Positions 29,528-39,646 of a DNA stretch of 41,368 bases are shown here, piece after piece. The stretch comes from a virus (lineage: Duplodnaviria; Heunggongvirae; Uroviricota; Caudoviricetes). The translations under genes and the position numbers were made by a program. The first letter of the stretch is position 1. Each line of letters begins with the position of its first letter. The stretch lies in IMG/VR virus record IMGVR_UViG_2671180984_000033, one strand, 5' to 3'. The notes below the pieces were generated by a model. That model was not told the DNA's origin. It ran no database searches and saw only the letters and a list, made by a program, of their open reading frames with translations.

Positions 29528-29980
29528 ATGGAATTCGAAATCAAAGGCGTGAAATATCGCGCGGCAAAACTCAACGTTTTTGACCAGCTGAAAGTGACCC
29601 GCAAACTTCTGCCGGTACTGGCGGGAATGATGTCAGATTTCGGGAGCATTCGCTCCCGTTTGCCTGCTGATGGCAAAATTGACACCGTGAAATTCGAACA
29701 GTTAAAACCGGTGTTTGAAACCATGCTCCCGCGTATCGCTGAGGAACTGTCTTCCCTGACCGAAGATGACACCGATGCGATTATTCATCCCTGTCTTGCG
29801 GTGGTATCGCGGCGTCATATGGACGGATGGGTGCCGGTATTTACCCAGGGCGAACTGATGTTTGATGATATTGACTTGCTGGTCATGCTGCAGCTGGTGG
29901 CGCGGGTGGTCGCCGATTCGCTGGGAAATTTTTTGCCTACACCCCTTACCAGCACGACGCAGAGCCTGCAACAGGGCTGA
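29528..29980 (+). CDS. Tail assembly chaperone
   Basis: 150-aa ORF directly upstream of the tape measure gene, with a slippery run near its 3' end. Confidence 0.6.
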   Translation: MEFEIKGVKYRAAKLNVFDQLKVTRKLLPVLAGMMSDFGSIRSRLPADGKIDTVKFEQLKPVFETMLPRIAEELSSLTEDDTDAIIHPCLAVVSRRHMDGWVPVFTQGELMFDDIDLLVMLQLVARVVADSLGNFLPTPLTSTTQSLQQG

Positions 29981-30177
29981 TGTTTAACAGCCTGCCGGAC
30001 GGGCTGTCCTACCTTCTCAATCCGGTTGACGCCGGGTTAATTCCTTATACATCACTTAAAGATGGCTCTGTCGATTTGTACGACATTGCTCTCTTGAATG
30101 ACCATCTGGCGGTAAAAGCGGATAACCAGCGGCGCATTGAGAAATGGAGAGAGGATAATGAACGCCGAGACTATTAA
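29528..30177 (+). CDS. Predicted -1 frameshift extension product of the tail assembly chaperone
   Basis: CTGGGAAATTTTTTGCC at about 29921-29937; the -1 frame stays open from there through ORF 29980..30177. Confidence 0.4.
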
Positions 30178-32164
30178 AGATTTCCTCGTCTCGCTTGGCT
30201 TCAGTGTGGATGATGCAGGAGCGAAAAAGTTCGGTTCTGTCCTCGCCGGTACAACTGCAAATGTCATCAAAATGGGGCTGGCCGTCGAAGGAGCTGCGCT
30301 GTCCGTGGTGGCTTTCACGGCTAAGATCGCCTCTGGTCTGGATAATCTTTACTGGGCGTCACAGCGCACCGGCGCGACAGTCCAGGGAATTCAGTCTATT
30401 GGCTATGCGGTTTCGCAGGTTGGCGGCAGCGTGGACGCTGCGCGATCTTCTCTGGAAAACCTCTCCCGGTTTATTCGTAACAATCCCGGAGCAGAAGGCT
30501 TTCTGAATCGCCTGGGCGTACAGACCCGTGATGCCAGCGGTAACATGCGTGACATGGCCGCTATCTTTACGGGCGTTGGACAGAAACTCAGCAGCATGCC
30601 GTATTACCGGGCTAACCAGTATGCGCAGATGCTGGGCATTGACGAAAATACCCTGATGGCTATGCGTCGCGGAGTGGGGCAGTTCAGCGCTCAGTATTCA
30701 GAAATGGTGAAAGCGATCGGATTTAATGCCGATCAGGCTGCCTTATCGTCAAACCGGTTTATGACCTCGCTGAAATCGCTCGGTGAAATGGCCGGGATGG
30801 CGCGGGACAAAATCGGATCGAATCTTGCGGACGGACTGGCGGGGCAGATTGATAACCTGCGCAAAAAGATAATTGAAAATTTTCCCAAAATTGAAGTCAC
30901 CATCACAAAGGTCATAAAGGGGATCCTCTGGCTGGGTGAGATAGTCGGGCGGGTTGCATTTCGGATAGTCGATGGTGTCGGAGATATCATCGAGTGGTGG
31001 GGGAAACTGGATGCCGAAACGAAAAACCTGATAGAGGTTATCGGCGGTCTGGTTGTCGCCATGCGGATACTTAACTCTACTTTCTGGATGTCACCTATAG
31101 GGCTGATTACCGGTCTGATCGTGGCTCTCGGTCTCTTGTGGGAAGACTACAAAACATGGAAAGAAGGCGGTAACAGTCTTATCGACTGGGAAAAATGGCA
31201 ACCGGCAATAGATAAAGCGAAGGATGCGATCACCTGGCTTCGTGATCACTTTCTGGAACTAAAAGATGGTGTTGGCGGCTGGCAAAATGCACTGGAAATC
31301 ATCGGTACATTCATCGCGGGTGTCTGGGTATCCAAGGTTCTGGGGGCTTTCGGAAAAATATCAGGTTTACCGGTCCCACCCTGGCTTAAATTGTGGGCGC
31401 TTTACGCGGGCTATATTGTTAGTGACAGAGAAAATATTGCTGATAGCGCAAAATCTTCACTGAGGTATACGAAGCGAATTATCGGCGACACGCTGGCTGC
31501 TATTGGTATAAAAACAGATATCGGACGCAGGGATGTCAGTGAGGTCCGTGAATGGCCTGCGTGGATGGACTGGTTGCACGGGGGACCCGGTAAAGTTATC
31601 CGGCAGGGACAGAGTAACGGTGTAGTGCATGGCTCCAATGTCCAGCCCGACATCCCCGGCGGCGGCACTCTTGCTGATCGCAACAATAACCCCGGGAACA
31701 TTCGCCCGGTGAGCGGTAAAGGGTTCCGTTTTTTCGAATCAGCGCTTGAGGGCTGGGAGGCGATGAAAAACCAGCTCATGCGTTACTTTACCGGGAAAAC
31801 AACCGGACGGGCATTACAGACTATTCAGGATATTGTCAGTACCTGGGCCCCGGCAGGTGATAACAACGATCCGAAAAAGTATGCACAGGATGTTGCGAAA
31901 TGGATGGGAGTATCACCGAATGCAATATTGAATCTTACAGATCCCCGGACTATGGGAGCATTGATGCAGTCGATGGCGCGCAAAGAAGGTTATTCAAACT
32001 GGAACAGCCCGCTGGCGTATAAGGTCGCCGCTGGCAGCCTTAACCAGCAGACTGTTATAAATGTTCATGGAGTTAACAACCCTCAGGAGGCGGCTAATCT
32101 GATCGCTGACAAGCAGGGGGCTGTAAATGCCAGGGCGGTACAGCAATTGAAAGGACCTGCGTAA
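30158..32164 (+). CDS. Tail tape measure protein
   Basis: Long helix-rich protein with hydrophobic central segments; track start 30137 is TTG, while ATG 30158 has a GAGAGGA Shine-Dalgarno. Confidence 0.75.
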   Translation: MNAETIKDFLVSLGFSVDDAGAKKFGSVLAGTTANVIKMGLAVEGAALSVVAFTAKIASGLDNLYWASQRTGATVQGIQSIGYAVSQVGGSVDAARSSLENLSRFIRNNPGAEGFLNRLGVQTRDASGNMRDMAAIFTGVGQKLSSMPYYRANQYAQMLGIDENTLMAMRRGVGQFSAQYSEMVKAIGFNADQAALSSNRFMTSLKSLGEMAGMARDKIGSNLADGLAGQIDNLRKKIIENFPKIEVTITKVIKGILWLGEIVGRVAFRIVDGVGDIIEWWGKLDAETKNLIEVIGGLVVAMRILNSTFWMSPIGLITGLIVALGLLWEDYKTWKEGGNSLIDWEKWQPAIDKAKDAITWLRDHFLELKDGVGGWQNALEIIGTFIAGVWVSKVLGAFGKISGLPVPPWLKLWALYAGYIVSDRENIADSAKSSLRYTKRIIGDTLAAIGIKTDIGRRDVSEVREWPAWMDWLHGGPGKVIRQGQSNGVVHGSNVQPDIPGGGTLADRNNNPGNIRPVSGKGFRFFESALEGWEAMKNQLMRYFTGKTTGRALQTIQDIVSTWAPAGDNNDPKKYAQDVAKWMGVSPNAILNLTDPRTMGALMQSMARKEGYSNWNSPLAYKVAAGSLNQQTVINVHGVNNPQEAANLIADKQGAVNARAVQQLKGPA

Positions 32165-32814
32165 TGGACTTTTTATCTGTTTTACTGCAGCAGCGAACCC
32201 GCTCAATAGGAATCATTATTCCTGATGTGGTTATTACCGAAAAGCACACTGACGCCCTGGAAATTACGGAACATCCTGTTGAACAGCCCACGAATGCTGG
32301 TGCCAGTGGTGAGGGCGCTGGTTATATATCAGAACACGCATTCAGGCGCCCTTCTGAGGTTGTGATGGAAACCGGTTTTTCCGGAGGCGGATCGCTGCTT
32401 GATTTTGCCAGTAACCTGACGGCTACCAGTTTACTGGGGCTGAGCCCGAAAGAACTGTATCAGGAACTGCTTAACCTGCAGCGGAATCGTATTCCTTTCG
32501 ATGTGACAACCGGCAAGCGTATTTACAACAATATGTTGATAAAAACGCTGGAGGTCACGACCGATAAGAGTAGTGAAAATGTGCTTCTGGCGACGCTTAC
32601 CCTCAGGGAAGTAATTATTACCTCCACGCAGTCAGTCAGGGTTGCCCCGAAAAACAATATGACCGAGGGAGTCGGAACGTCTGCTGTGCAGAATACAGGC
32701 ACCAAAACAACCGTGTCACCGAATAATTCCATTCTGAAATCGCTGCCACAGATGGCGCAAGAAGGTATCTCCACTGTTGATGGGTATTTGAGCAATTTAT
32801 TTCTGGGAAGATGA
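32164..32814 (+). CDS. Tail/baseplate protein
   Basis: 216-aa ORF immediately after the tape measure gene. Confidence 0.45.
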   Translation: MDFLSVLLQQRTRSIGIIIPDVVITEKHTDALEITEHPVEQPTNAGASGEGAGYISEHAFRRPSEVVMETGFSGGGSLLDFASNLTATSLLGLSPKELYQELLNLQRNRIPFDVTTGKRIYNNMLIKTLEVTTDKSSENVLLATLTLREVIITSTQSVRVAPKNNMTEGVGTSAVQNTGTKTTVSPNNSILKSLPQMAQEGISTVDGYLSNLFLGR

Positions 32815-32817
32815 TTC

Positions 32818-33120
32818 ATGAAAGCCGTAGAAATCCCACTGGTTGCTGACAATCAGACTTTTGCCACCACAATTAACGGTTCGGTTTATCACCTGTCTGT
32901 CATCTGGCGAGGAGAGTACTGGGTTCTGGATCTTGCTGACAGCAATGGTTCCGCCATTATATCAGGTATACCGATGATTACGGGGGCTGACCTGCTGGCA
33001 CAGTATCGATATATGGATCTGGGTTTTTCTCTGGTGGTGCTTTGCGACGTGGCAGGGCAGGAGAGTCCGACGCAATTCGGTCTTGGAACGCTCTCACACC
33101 TCTATGTTTTCACGGAGTAA
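32818..33120 (+). CDS. Small tail/baseplate protein
   Basis: 100-aa ORF in the baseplate block. Confidence 0.45.
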   Translation: MKAVEIPLVADNQTFATTINGSVYHLSVIWRGEYWVLDLADSNGSAIISGIPMITGADLLAQYRYMDLGFSLVVLCDVAGQESPTQFGLGTLSHLYVFTE

Positions 33121-33122
33121 CA

Positions 33123-34154
33123 ATGTCGAAAAACTGGATGCGTCACTTTGAATTATTGCTTGTTGATGATAAGGGCGACGGGATAAAAATTTCTGAGCTT
33201 AAAGTCACTTTCAATATTCAGAAAATGCCTGCGACCATATTTAATGGATTCGTTGGGAATTTTAAGGTTTATAACCTGTCCCCTACCACTCAGAACCGGA
33301 TTATGCAGAAGGAGTTTTCGCGTATACAGGTTATTGCCGGATACAAGGGGCAACCGGATGCAGCAGGTAATTATCCTGATGAAAACGTTGGCATGATATT
33401 CAATGGAGATATCCGTTTTACTGTCACTGGTAAAGATAATGCCACAGACAGTTGGATCATATTGCAGTGTATTGACAGTTGGGAAGGCCACCTGAACGCA
33501 AGTGTGAAAACCACAGTGGCAGCTGGCTGGAAGTACAGCGATCTTTTCAGTCTGGGTATGAAATCATTCGAACCATATGGCATCGAATCCGGCGCAGTTC
33601 CTGACATGCCTGAAACGGTATTTCCCCGAGGCCGCGTTGTTTATCAAAACACATCAAGGTTGATGAATCATATCGCAGGGCAGTGTAAAGCTAACTGGTG
33701 GTATGAAAATAATCTGGTAAATATTGTTCCTGAAGATAAATATATTGGTGTTGCTACGGTGTTGAATGCTAACACCGGGCTTATCGGTATGCCACAGCAG
33801 ACGATGGGAGCTGGCGTAAATGTCAGATGTCTGATTAATCCAAATATTAAGCTGGGTGGACTTATTCGTCTGGATCAGGCATCCGTATACCGTGCCTCTT
33901 TGAGTAATGACCAGGTAGCGAAATCGCCAGCACGACTGGATGAGTCTGAAAGCGACGGTAATCTCTACGTTAACGGTCTGCCAGGCATGTCACAGCCTGC
34001 CAGTATTAATACTGACGGTGATTACATTGTGGGCAGCATTGATTATACTGGCGACACCCGAGGGCAGGCGTGGTATATGGACCTGCTTTGCCTGGCTAAA
34101 GGTGGCAAAGAATTGCTTAACTCGAAAGGGATTGATGCGGCGAAATACACATGA
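33123..34154 (+). CDS. Baseplate hub-like protein
   Basis: ATG at 33123 directly after the previous stop (track start 33042 overlaps the upstream gene). Confidence 0.45.
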   Translation: MSKNWMRHFELLLVDDKGDGIKISELKVTFNIQKMPATIFNGFVGNFKVYNLSPTTQNRIMQKEFSRIQVIAGYKGQPDAAGNYPDENVGMIFNGDIRFTVTGKDNATDSWIILQCIDSWEGHLNASVKTTVAAGWKYSDLFSLGMKSFEPYGIESGAVPDMPETVFPRGRVVYQNTSRLMNHIAGQCKANWWYENNLVNIVPEDKYIGVATVLNANTGLIGMPQQTMGAGVNVRCLINPNIKLGGLIRLDQASVYRASLSNDQVAKSPARLDESESDGNLYVNGLPGMSQPASINTDGDYIVGSIDYTGDTRGQAWYMDLLCLAKGGKELLNSKGIDAAKYT

Positions 34155-34486
34155 AAAGACCATTGTTGACAGTTTTACTTGTCTGTATCTCCTTCATTTC
34201 CTTTGCTGATACCGGTTGCGGACCATTTACGATCAACTGGAAAGCGCAAGACGGACTTGCAAGGATTAATGGACAGAAACCGGAGACACAGAAAATCATC
34301 TTTCTCAAACAGGAAGGTGATTATGACAATGTGAACATCCAATGGATGATTCCGGGTAATGGGCGTTGGTTAGGGATGGATTTTGTGGCCAGAAATGGCA
34401 AGCCGATCCTCAACGTTGAAGTTATCCGCAAAAATATGGACGACCCTCGGGAGTTCTGGACGTATGATTGCCGGAAGGTGAAGTGA
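34151..34486 (+). CDS. Small secreted protein (accessory gene)
   Basis: 111 aa; N-terminal signal peptide (MKRPLLTVLLVCISFISFA); start overlaps the upstream stop (ATGA); lower GC than the tail genes. Confidence 0.5.
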   Translation: MKRPLLTVLLVCISFISFADTGCGPFTINWKAQDGLARINGQKPETQKIIFLKQEGDYDNVNIQWMIPGNGRWLGMDFVARNGKPILNVEVIRKNMDDPREFWTYDCRKVK

Positions 34487-34575
34487 GTTTGACGTTGTTT
34501 AGACAACCAGACAATTGGTGTTAAACTGCGTAGGTATTACCATTTCCAGACCAAAGATGAAAGCTAGCGTCGAAC

Positions 34576-35376
34576 ATGCAACCAAAAACACAAAAATCCA
34601 GGGATATTAAAACAGTTAATCGGGTTGTTATGACCCTGCGACCTTACTTGTGTTTTGAGCAGGATATTACCGTTTTTGTTAAAGAACGAACTGCTAAGCA
34701 GATCGAAGAGATTCAGGACCCGGGGCTAAAATGCTCTGCATTATCCTTTTTCTACTTCACCCTAGGAGATATCGAGCGCGGTAAATATTATGCGGAAGAA
34801 ATGTTGAGATATCTACCTACAGATACTGTCGCATGGAGGAACTATAATCTGGGTTTGTTCTGGTGCAGTGGAGCAGTCGAGGCTTTAAATGTGGCTAAGC
34901 GTGGATTCGATGCTACCAGTAGCCCAATTTTGGCTTGTGACGCATATTACTATTCATCTTCAGTTGCGGATTTTTCATGCTTTCTGGAAATGCGCGAGTT
35001 CCTTTTGCGTACAGAAATGTATGAGAAATTCATAGAGCAAGACCGGGAGTCAGATATGTTGCGGAGTCTGGAGTATGCAAATATAGCCAGTCGGTACAAC
35101 AAAGAGGATGTGATTAAAAATATCTCAGCTTTGATGTATGAAAAACTGGATTTGGTGCAAAAACTGAACTCTGCAGTCCGTCTGCTTGATGTTACTGAGG
35201 ACGGTGAAGATCCAGAGCTTATTTTTGAAATGTATGTAAACAATGCTGATGCAGCAACATGCGCAGCCATGAATGTTGAGCTTATTTCAGCTCGCGTGCG
35301 TTCTGGATTAACTGACTGGAGTGTAGGAGGCGTTTATGTCGCTCATAATAAAGAGGACATGTTGCAATGCCAGTAA
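34576..35376 (+). CDS. Hypothetical protein, first gene of an overlapping pair (accessory cassette)
   Basis: 266 aa, helical, with no tail-protein character; preceded by an 89-bp gap; low GC. Confidence 0.5.
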   Translation: MQPKTQKSRDIKTVNRVVMTLRPYLCFEQDITVFVKERTAKQIEEIQDPGLKCSALSFFYFTLGDIERGKYYAEEMLRYLPTDTVAWRNYNLGLFWCSGAVEALNVAKRGFDATSSPILACDAYYYSSSVADFSCFLEMREFLLRTEMYEKFIEQDRESDMLRSLEYANIASRYNKEDVIKNISALMYEKLDLVQKLNSAVRLLDVTEDGEDPELIFEMYVNNADAATCAAMNVELISARVRSGLTDWSVGGVYVAHNKEDMLQCQ

Positions 35377-35747
35377 CACCAAGGGATTTTCTTGCCATGG
35401 CTTCTGATGCACCTGTTTCTGATGAAATGCTTAATCGAAATGCTGTTAGCAGGGCGTATTATTCCAGCTATTTACATGTTAATGAAAAAGTGACTGCTTT
35501 GAATTTGCCGCTTCCCAAAGTAAATGGCGGTGTACACGCCCGTTTGATCAGTGGTCTGAATAATGGGGCGTACAGTGACTTAAATAACGGAATAAGTCAT
35601 GATGCGCAGCTTGAAATTGCAGGGTTACTTAGTTTGTCAAAGCAGCTCAGAACAAAGGCTGATTATAAGTTACACATGACTATCAATAACACGGATAAAG
35701 CCACAGCGATAGCGAATGCTAAAGCGGTCTTTGAATTGCTTCCATAG
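35367..35747 (+). CDS. Hypothetical protein, second gene of the overlapping pair
   Basis: 126 aa; 10-nt overlap with the upstream ORF; followed by a strong terminator. Confidence 0.5.
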   Translation: MPVTPRDFLAMASDAPVSDEMLNRNAVSRAYYSSYLHVNEKVTALNLPLPKVNGGVHARLISGLNNGAYSDLNNGISHDAQLEIAGLLSLSKQLRTKADYKLHMTINNTDKATAIANAKAVFELLP

Positions 35748-35773
35748 CCATGGAAAGAACATTAGCCACATTA

Positions 35774-35803
35774 AACCCGCCTTCGAGCGGGTTTTTTGCT
35801 TTT
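35774..35803 (+). terminator. Intrinsic terminator closing the accessory cassette
   Basis: AACCCGC-CTTCGA-GCGGGTT hairpin followed by TTTTTTGCTTTTT. Confidence 0.6.
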
Positions 35804-35816
35804 TGGAGACATATGA

Positions 35817-36569
35817 ATGCCCGTTTCTTTAAGCGCTCAACTTGGTAGCAAAGAACAGGCCGATGTAAGACTTGCTGGTTCTGTCATGTCGACGCTGCGC
35901 GTTTCTATGCCTGGCATCGTCCAGTCATTTGATCCGGACACGGTAACGGTAGTTGTTCAACCAGCGATTAAAGGCTATGAGCCGGACTCAAATGGAATCA
36001 ACCAGTCGACGATATTACCCTTGCTGGTGGATGTGCCAGTGGTATTCCCGCGCGGCGGAGGATGCACGCTAACGTTCCCAGTTAAAGCCGGTGATGAATG
36101 TTTGGTGATTTTTGCCGATCGTTGTATTGATTTCTGGTGGCAGAGTGGCGGGATACAGGAGTCGGTCGATGATCGAATGCATGATTTATCGGATGCGTTT
36201 TGTATTGTCGGTCCCCAGTCGCAGGCAAGGAAGATTAGCGGTATTAATACCAGTGCCACACAGTTGCGTAGTGACGACGGCAGCACCTATTTTGAGCTTA
36301 ATCCTGATACCCGGAAAATTAAAATTGTCGCTCCGGGGGGGCTTGATGTGGTTGCCCCCCTGGCTGATTTTTCTGAGAAAGTAACCATTCATGGCCTGTT
36401 AACCTGGATGGGGGGCATGGTGGGGTCTGTTGTTTCTGGTGTGGCTTCAAAAATCACTGGTGCTGTTGAGTTTTTGGGTAGCGTGAAGGCTAACGGCAAG
36501 CCAATCGATGATACGCACACTCATGGTGGTGTTCAGCGCGGTGGAAGCAATACCGACGGAGTAAACTGA
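35817..36569 (+). CDS. Baseplate spike protein (gpV / Mu gp45-like)
   Basis: 250 aa; C-terminal THTHGG HxH motif typical of spike apex metal sites. Confidence 0.6.
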   Translation: MPVSLSAQLGSKEQADVRLAGSVMSTLRVSMPGIVQSFDPDTVTVVVQPAIKGYEPDSNGINQSTILPLLVDVPVVFPRGGGCTLTFPVKAGDECLVIFADRCIDFWWQSGGIQESVDDRMHDLSDAFCIVGPQSQARKISGINTSATQLRSDDGSTYFELNPDTRKIKIVAPGGLDVVAPLADFSEKVTIHGLLTWMGGMVGSVVSGVASKITGAVEFLGSVKANGKPIDDTHTHGGVQRGGSNTDGVN

Positions 36570-36922
36570 TGCGATACAGACGTGAAGACGCCGATGGCGA
36601 TTACACCTTTGGCAGCGGTGATGACACCTGGCTGATTAACTCACCGGAGGCCGTGGCGCAGGCGGTAAAAACGCGATTTGAATTGTGGTATGGGCAATGG
36701 TTTCTCGACACCACCGAAGGGACCCCGTGGATCCAGTCTGTGCTCGGTAAGCAGAAGCCGGAAACCTACAACCTGGCGATCCGTAAGCGCATCCTCGAAA
36801 CGCGGGGCGTTAAATCAATCCTCTCTTTCAATACGACGGTGGATACCACGACCCGACGTGTCATGTTTTCCGCTGAAATCGACACTCTCTATGGAATAAC
36901 GACTGTTAAATCGGAGGCGTAA
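36569..36922 (+). CDS. Baseplate protein (gpW / gp25-like)
   Basis: 117-aa ORF in the conserved position after the spike. Confidence 0.55.
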   Translation: MRYRREDADGDYTFGSGDDTWLINSPEAVAQAVKTRFELWYGQWFLDTTEGTPWIQSVLGKQKPETYNLAIRKRILETRGVKSILSFNTTVDTTTRRVMFSAEIDTLYGITTVKSEA

Positions 36923-38121
36923 TGGCTCTGAACCTTGATTCTCTCGGTTTATCTGCAAAGGTAACCGCGGAGGGGATCAGTGCGCCTGATTATCAGACGA
37001 TACTCAGCACCCTGATTAGCTATTTTCAGCAGATTTATGGCAGTGATGCCTACCTCGAACCGGATAGTAAAGACGGCCAGATGGTGGCTCTGATGGCGCT
37101 GGCGATTCATGATGCCAATAATACTGCGATAACTGTCTACAACTGTTTTTCACCGGCAACCGGCTATGGGGCCGCACTGACCAGTAACGTGAAAATAAAT
37201 GGTATTTCACGTAAAGGCGCGACGAATTCTACGGTTGATTTGCTTCTTACAGGAACTGCCGGAACAACCATCATTAATGGCAGCGTGAAAGACAGTAATA
37301 GTGTGATATGGCGTTTGCCTGCTTCAGTGGTGGTCGGCGTGGATGGTACAGTGATGGCGACCGCAACATGTTCCGTCAGTGGTGCAGTGGCGGCGCTGGC
37401 TGGAACTATCACTGAAATTAATACGCCAACCCGTGGCTGGGTTTCGGTAACTAATCCTGCTGCGGCTACTGTTGGCTCTCCGGCAGAAACTGATGCGGAG
37501 TTACGTATCCGCCAGTCGCAAAGTGTTGCGTTGCCATCAATAACCCCATTTGAAGCACTGGATGGTGCTGTTTCTAATGTTACCGGTGTAACCCGCCACA
37601 AACTCTATGAAAACGATACTGGTTCGGAGGACGGTAACGGGTTACCGCCACACTCTGTTGCTGTAGTTGTGGATGGCGGTGATGTGATGGATATTGCTCA
37701 GGCTATCAGAGGGAATAAAGGCCAGGGGACAGCCACTCACGGTACAACATCCGTTACGGTTCCGGATAAATACGGCAATCCCCATGTAATCAAATTCTCG
37801 CGTTCCAGTGATGTGCCTGTTTATGCCCGGATTAAATTAAAAGTTTTTACGGGTTATACCTCACAGATAGGGCAGCAGATCCAGCAGGCTATTTCCGACT
37901 ATATCAATAGTCTGATGATTGGTGATTCGGTCCTTTTAAGTCGCATTTACTCACCGGCGAATCTTGGCGTGGTGAGTGGCGGGAATGCACGCTATTACGA
38001 TATTCAGGAACTGACGATTGGGAAATCTCCGGGGGCTTTGTCGTCATCAAACATTGATATCAGATACAACGAATCTGCGTCCTGTACCCCGGAAAATATC
38101 GTTATAACGGTGGAGTCATGA
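36922..38121 (+). CDS. Baseplate J-like protein
   Basis: 399-aa ORF following the gpW-like gene. Confidence 0.6.
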   Translation: MALNLDSLGLSAKVTAEGISAPDYQTILSTLISYFQQIYGSDAYLEPDSKDGQMVALMALAIHDANNTAITVYNCFSPATGYGAALTSNVKINGISRKGATNSTVDLLLTGTAGTTIINGSVKDSNSVIWRLPASVVVGVDGTVMATATCSVSGAVAALAGTITEINTPTRGWVSVTNPAAATVGSPAETDAELRIRQSQSVALPSITPFEALDGAVSNVTGVTRHKLYENDTGSEDGNGLPPHSVAVVVDGGDVMDIAQAIRGNKGQGTATHGTTSVTVPDKYGNPHVIKFSRSSDVPVYARIKLKVFTGYTSQIGQQIQQAISDYINSLMIGDSVLLSRIYSPANLGVVSGGNARYYDIQELTIGKSPGALSSSNIDIRYNESASCTPENIVITVES

Positions 38122-38798
38122 GCAAATACACCGAACTAATCACGAACTACCACGCCACCAAACCTAAATTTCTTGCACATGTTGATCTGATGACCCGGCC
38201 GCTTATTGATGTTGCGGCGGCCACCAGAGGGCTGATTACTGCATTTGATATTGACTCTGCGGTTGGTGTGCAACTTGACATTCTGGGATTGTGGATCGGA
38301 CGTAGCCGTGTTGTCAGCCAGCCTATCTCAGGTGTTTATTTCAGCTGGGATACCGACGGGCTTGGATATGATCAGGGTGTATGGCAGGGACCATACGATC
38401 CTGATTCCGGATACATGTACCTCAGCGATGAAACTTATCGTGTCATCCTTAAAGCGAAGATTGCGATTAATAACTGGGACGGACGGAATGATTCGCTTCC
38501 GGCAATTCTTGACGCGGCAACAGCAGGATCCGGGCTGCGAATGCAGATAGTCGATAACCAGGACATGACGATATCGGTCTGGGTCTTTCCTGATACTGAT
38601 ATTTCAGATGTATCGCGTGAGTTAATTGCTGCAATTAAACAGGGATATCTCACAGTAAAAGCCGCTGGGGTGTGGGCGGGTGGCATTGAAACGCCTTCGG
38701 TGGAAACCCCATCGGAAGGTTCAAAATTTTTTGGTTTTGATATGGATAACGAATTTATCAGTGGTTTTGATGTAGGGGCATGGGGAGTATTACTCTGA
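38118..38798 (+). CDS. Tail protein (gpI-like)
   Basis: 226-aa ORF between the J-like gene and the tail fibre. Confidence 0.5.
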   Translation: MSKYTELITNYHATKPKFLAHVDLMTRPLIDVAAATRGLITAFDIDSAVGVQLDILGLWIGRSRVVSQPISGVYFSWDTDGLGYDQGVWQGPYDPDSGYMYLSDETYRVILKAKIAINNWDGRNDSLPAILDAATAGSGLRMQIVDNQDMTISVWVFPDTDISDVSRELIAAIKQGYLTVKAAGVWAGGIETPSVETPSEGSKFFGFDMDNEFISGFDVGAWGVLL

Positions 38799-39646
38799 TG
38801 GCAAAAAATGACTTTAAAGCATTCGCAACGGGTAAAAATGCCAATGTTATGTCGCAGGAGGAATGGGAAGCGTTGCCTGCGCTTTTATCCGGATTTACAG
38901 CAGGGAAAGCCTCCAGTGCGCAAGTCAATAAGGTTATTCGGCAGGCCAGCTTTATTGCTGCAGCTCTGGCCCAGTTTGTAAGTGATAAAACGCAACGGGA
39001 TGTGCTTGATAATGGTGATCTGCCCGGTTTTGTTGAATTGCTGGGATCGGGGTTTGCTGTTGAATACCTGAGCCGCAAGAATCCGTTTGGCGATATCAAA
39101 TCGGATGGCACGGTGAAAATGGCTCTCGAAAACCTTGGTTTAGGAGAAGGCTCAGCATTGCCTGTTGGCGTACCTGTTCCGTGGCCCTCAGCCACTCCGC
39201 CAACAGGCTGGCTAAAATGCAACGGAGCAGCTTTTTCTGCTGAAGAATACCCGGAACTGGCAAAGGCTTACCCGACAAATAAATTGCCTGATTTACGTGG
39301 TGAGTTTATTCGTGGCTGGGATGACGGACGTGGTATGGATACGGGGAGGGCAATATTATCAGCTCAGGGCGATGCCATACGTAATATCTATGGTGAGTTC
39401 AGAACTGTAAACACTGAAAATTATTCAATATGGGAAACAGTAGGCTCGTTTAAGGGGGCCATAGTGCCATTGAGTCCCTCTACAAACAATAGTTATTTCT
39501 CCTTAACCAGAAGTATGGTGACAGAAAGAGCAGACGGCGCTGTTTACCCAAAAGTGATTGGCCTTGATGCTTCAAGAATTGTTCCAACTGCAAACGAAAA
39601 CCGTCCTCGTAACATTGCCTTTAATTATATCGTGAGGGCTGCCTGA
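38780..39646 (+). CDS. Tail fibre protein (constant N-terminal part plus currently expressed variable C-terminus)
   Basis: C-terminal [17 protein letters not shown] motif characteristic of Mu/P1/e14-type fibre tips; contains a crossover-site-like sequence at its LGLGE codons. Confidence 0.75.
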   Translation: MGSITLMAKNDFKAFATGKNANVMSQEEWEALPALLSGFTAGKASSAQVNKVIRQASFIAAALAQFVSDKTQRDVLDNGDLPGFVELLGSGFAVEYLSRKNPFGDIKSDGTVKMALENLGLGEGSALPVGVPVPWPSATPPTGWLKCNGAAFSAEEYPELAKAYPTNKLPDLRGEFIRGWDDGRGMDTGRAILSAQGDAIRNIYGEFRTVNTENYSIWETVGSFKGAIVPLSPSTNNSYFSLTRSMVTERADGAVYPKVIGLDASRIVPTANENRPRNIAFNYIVRAA

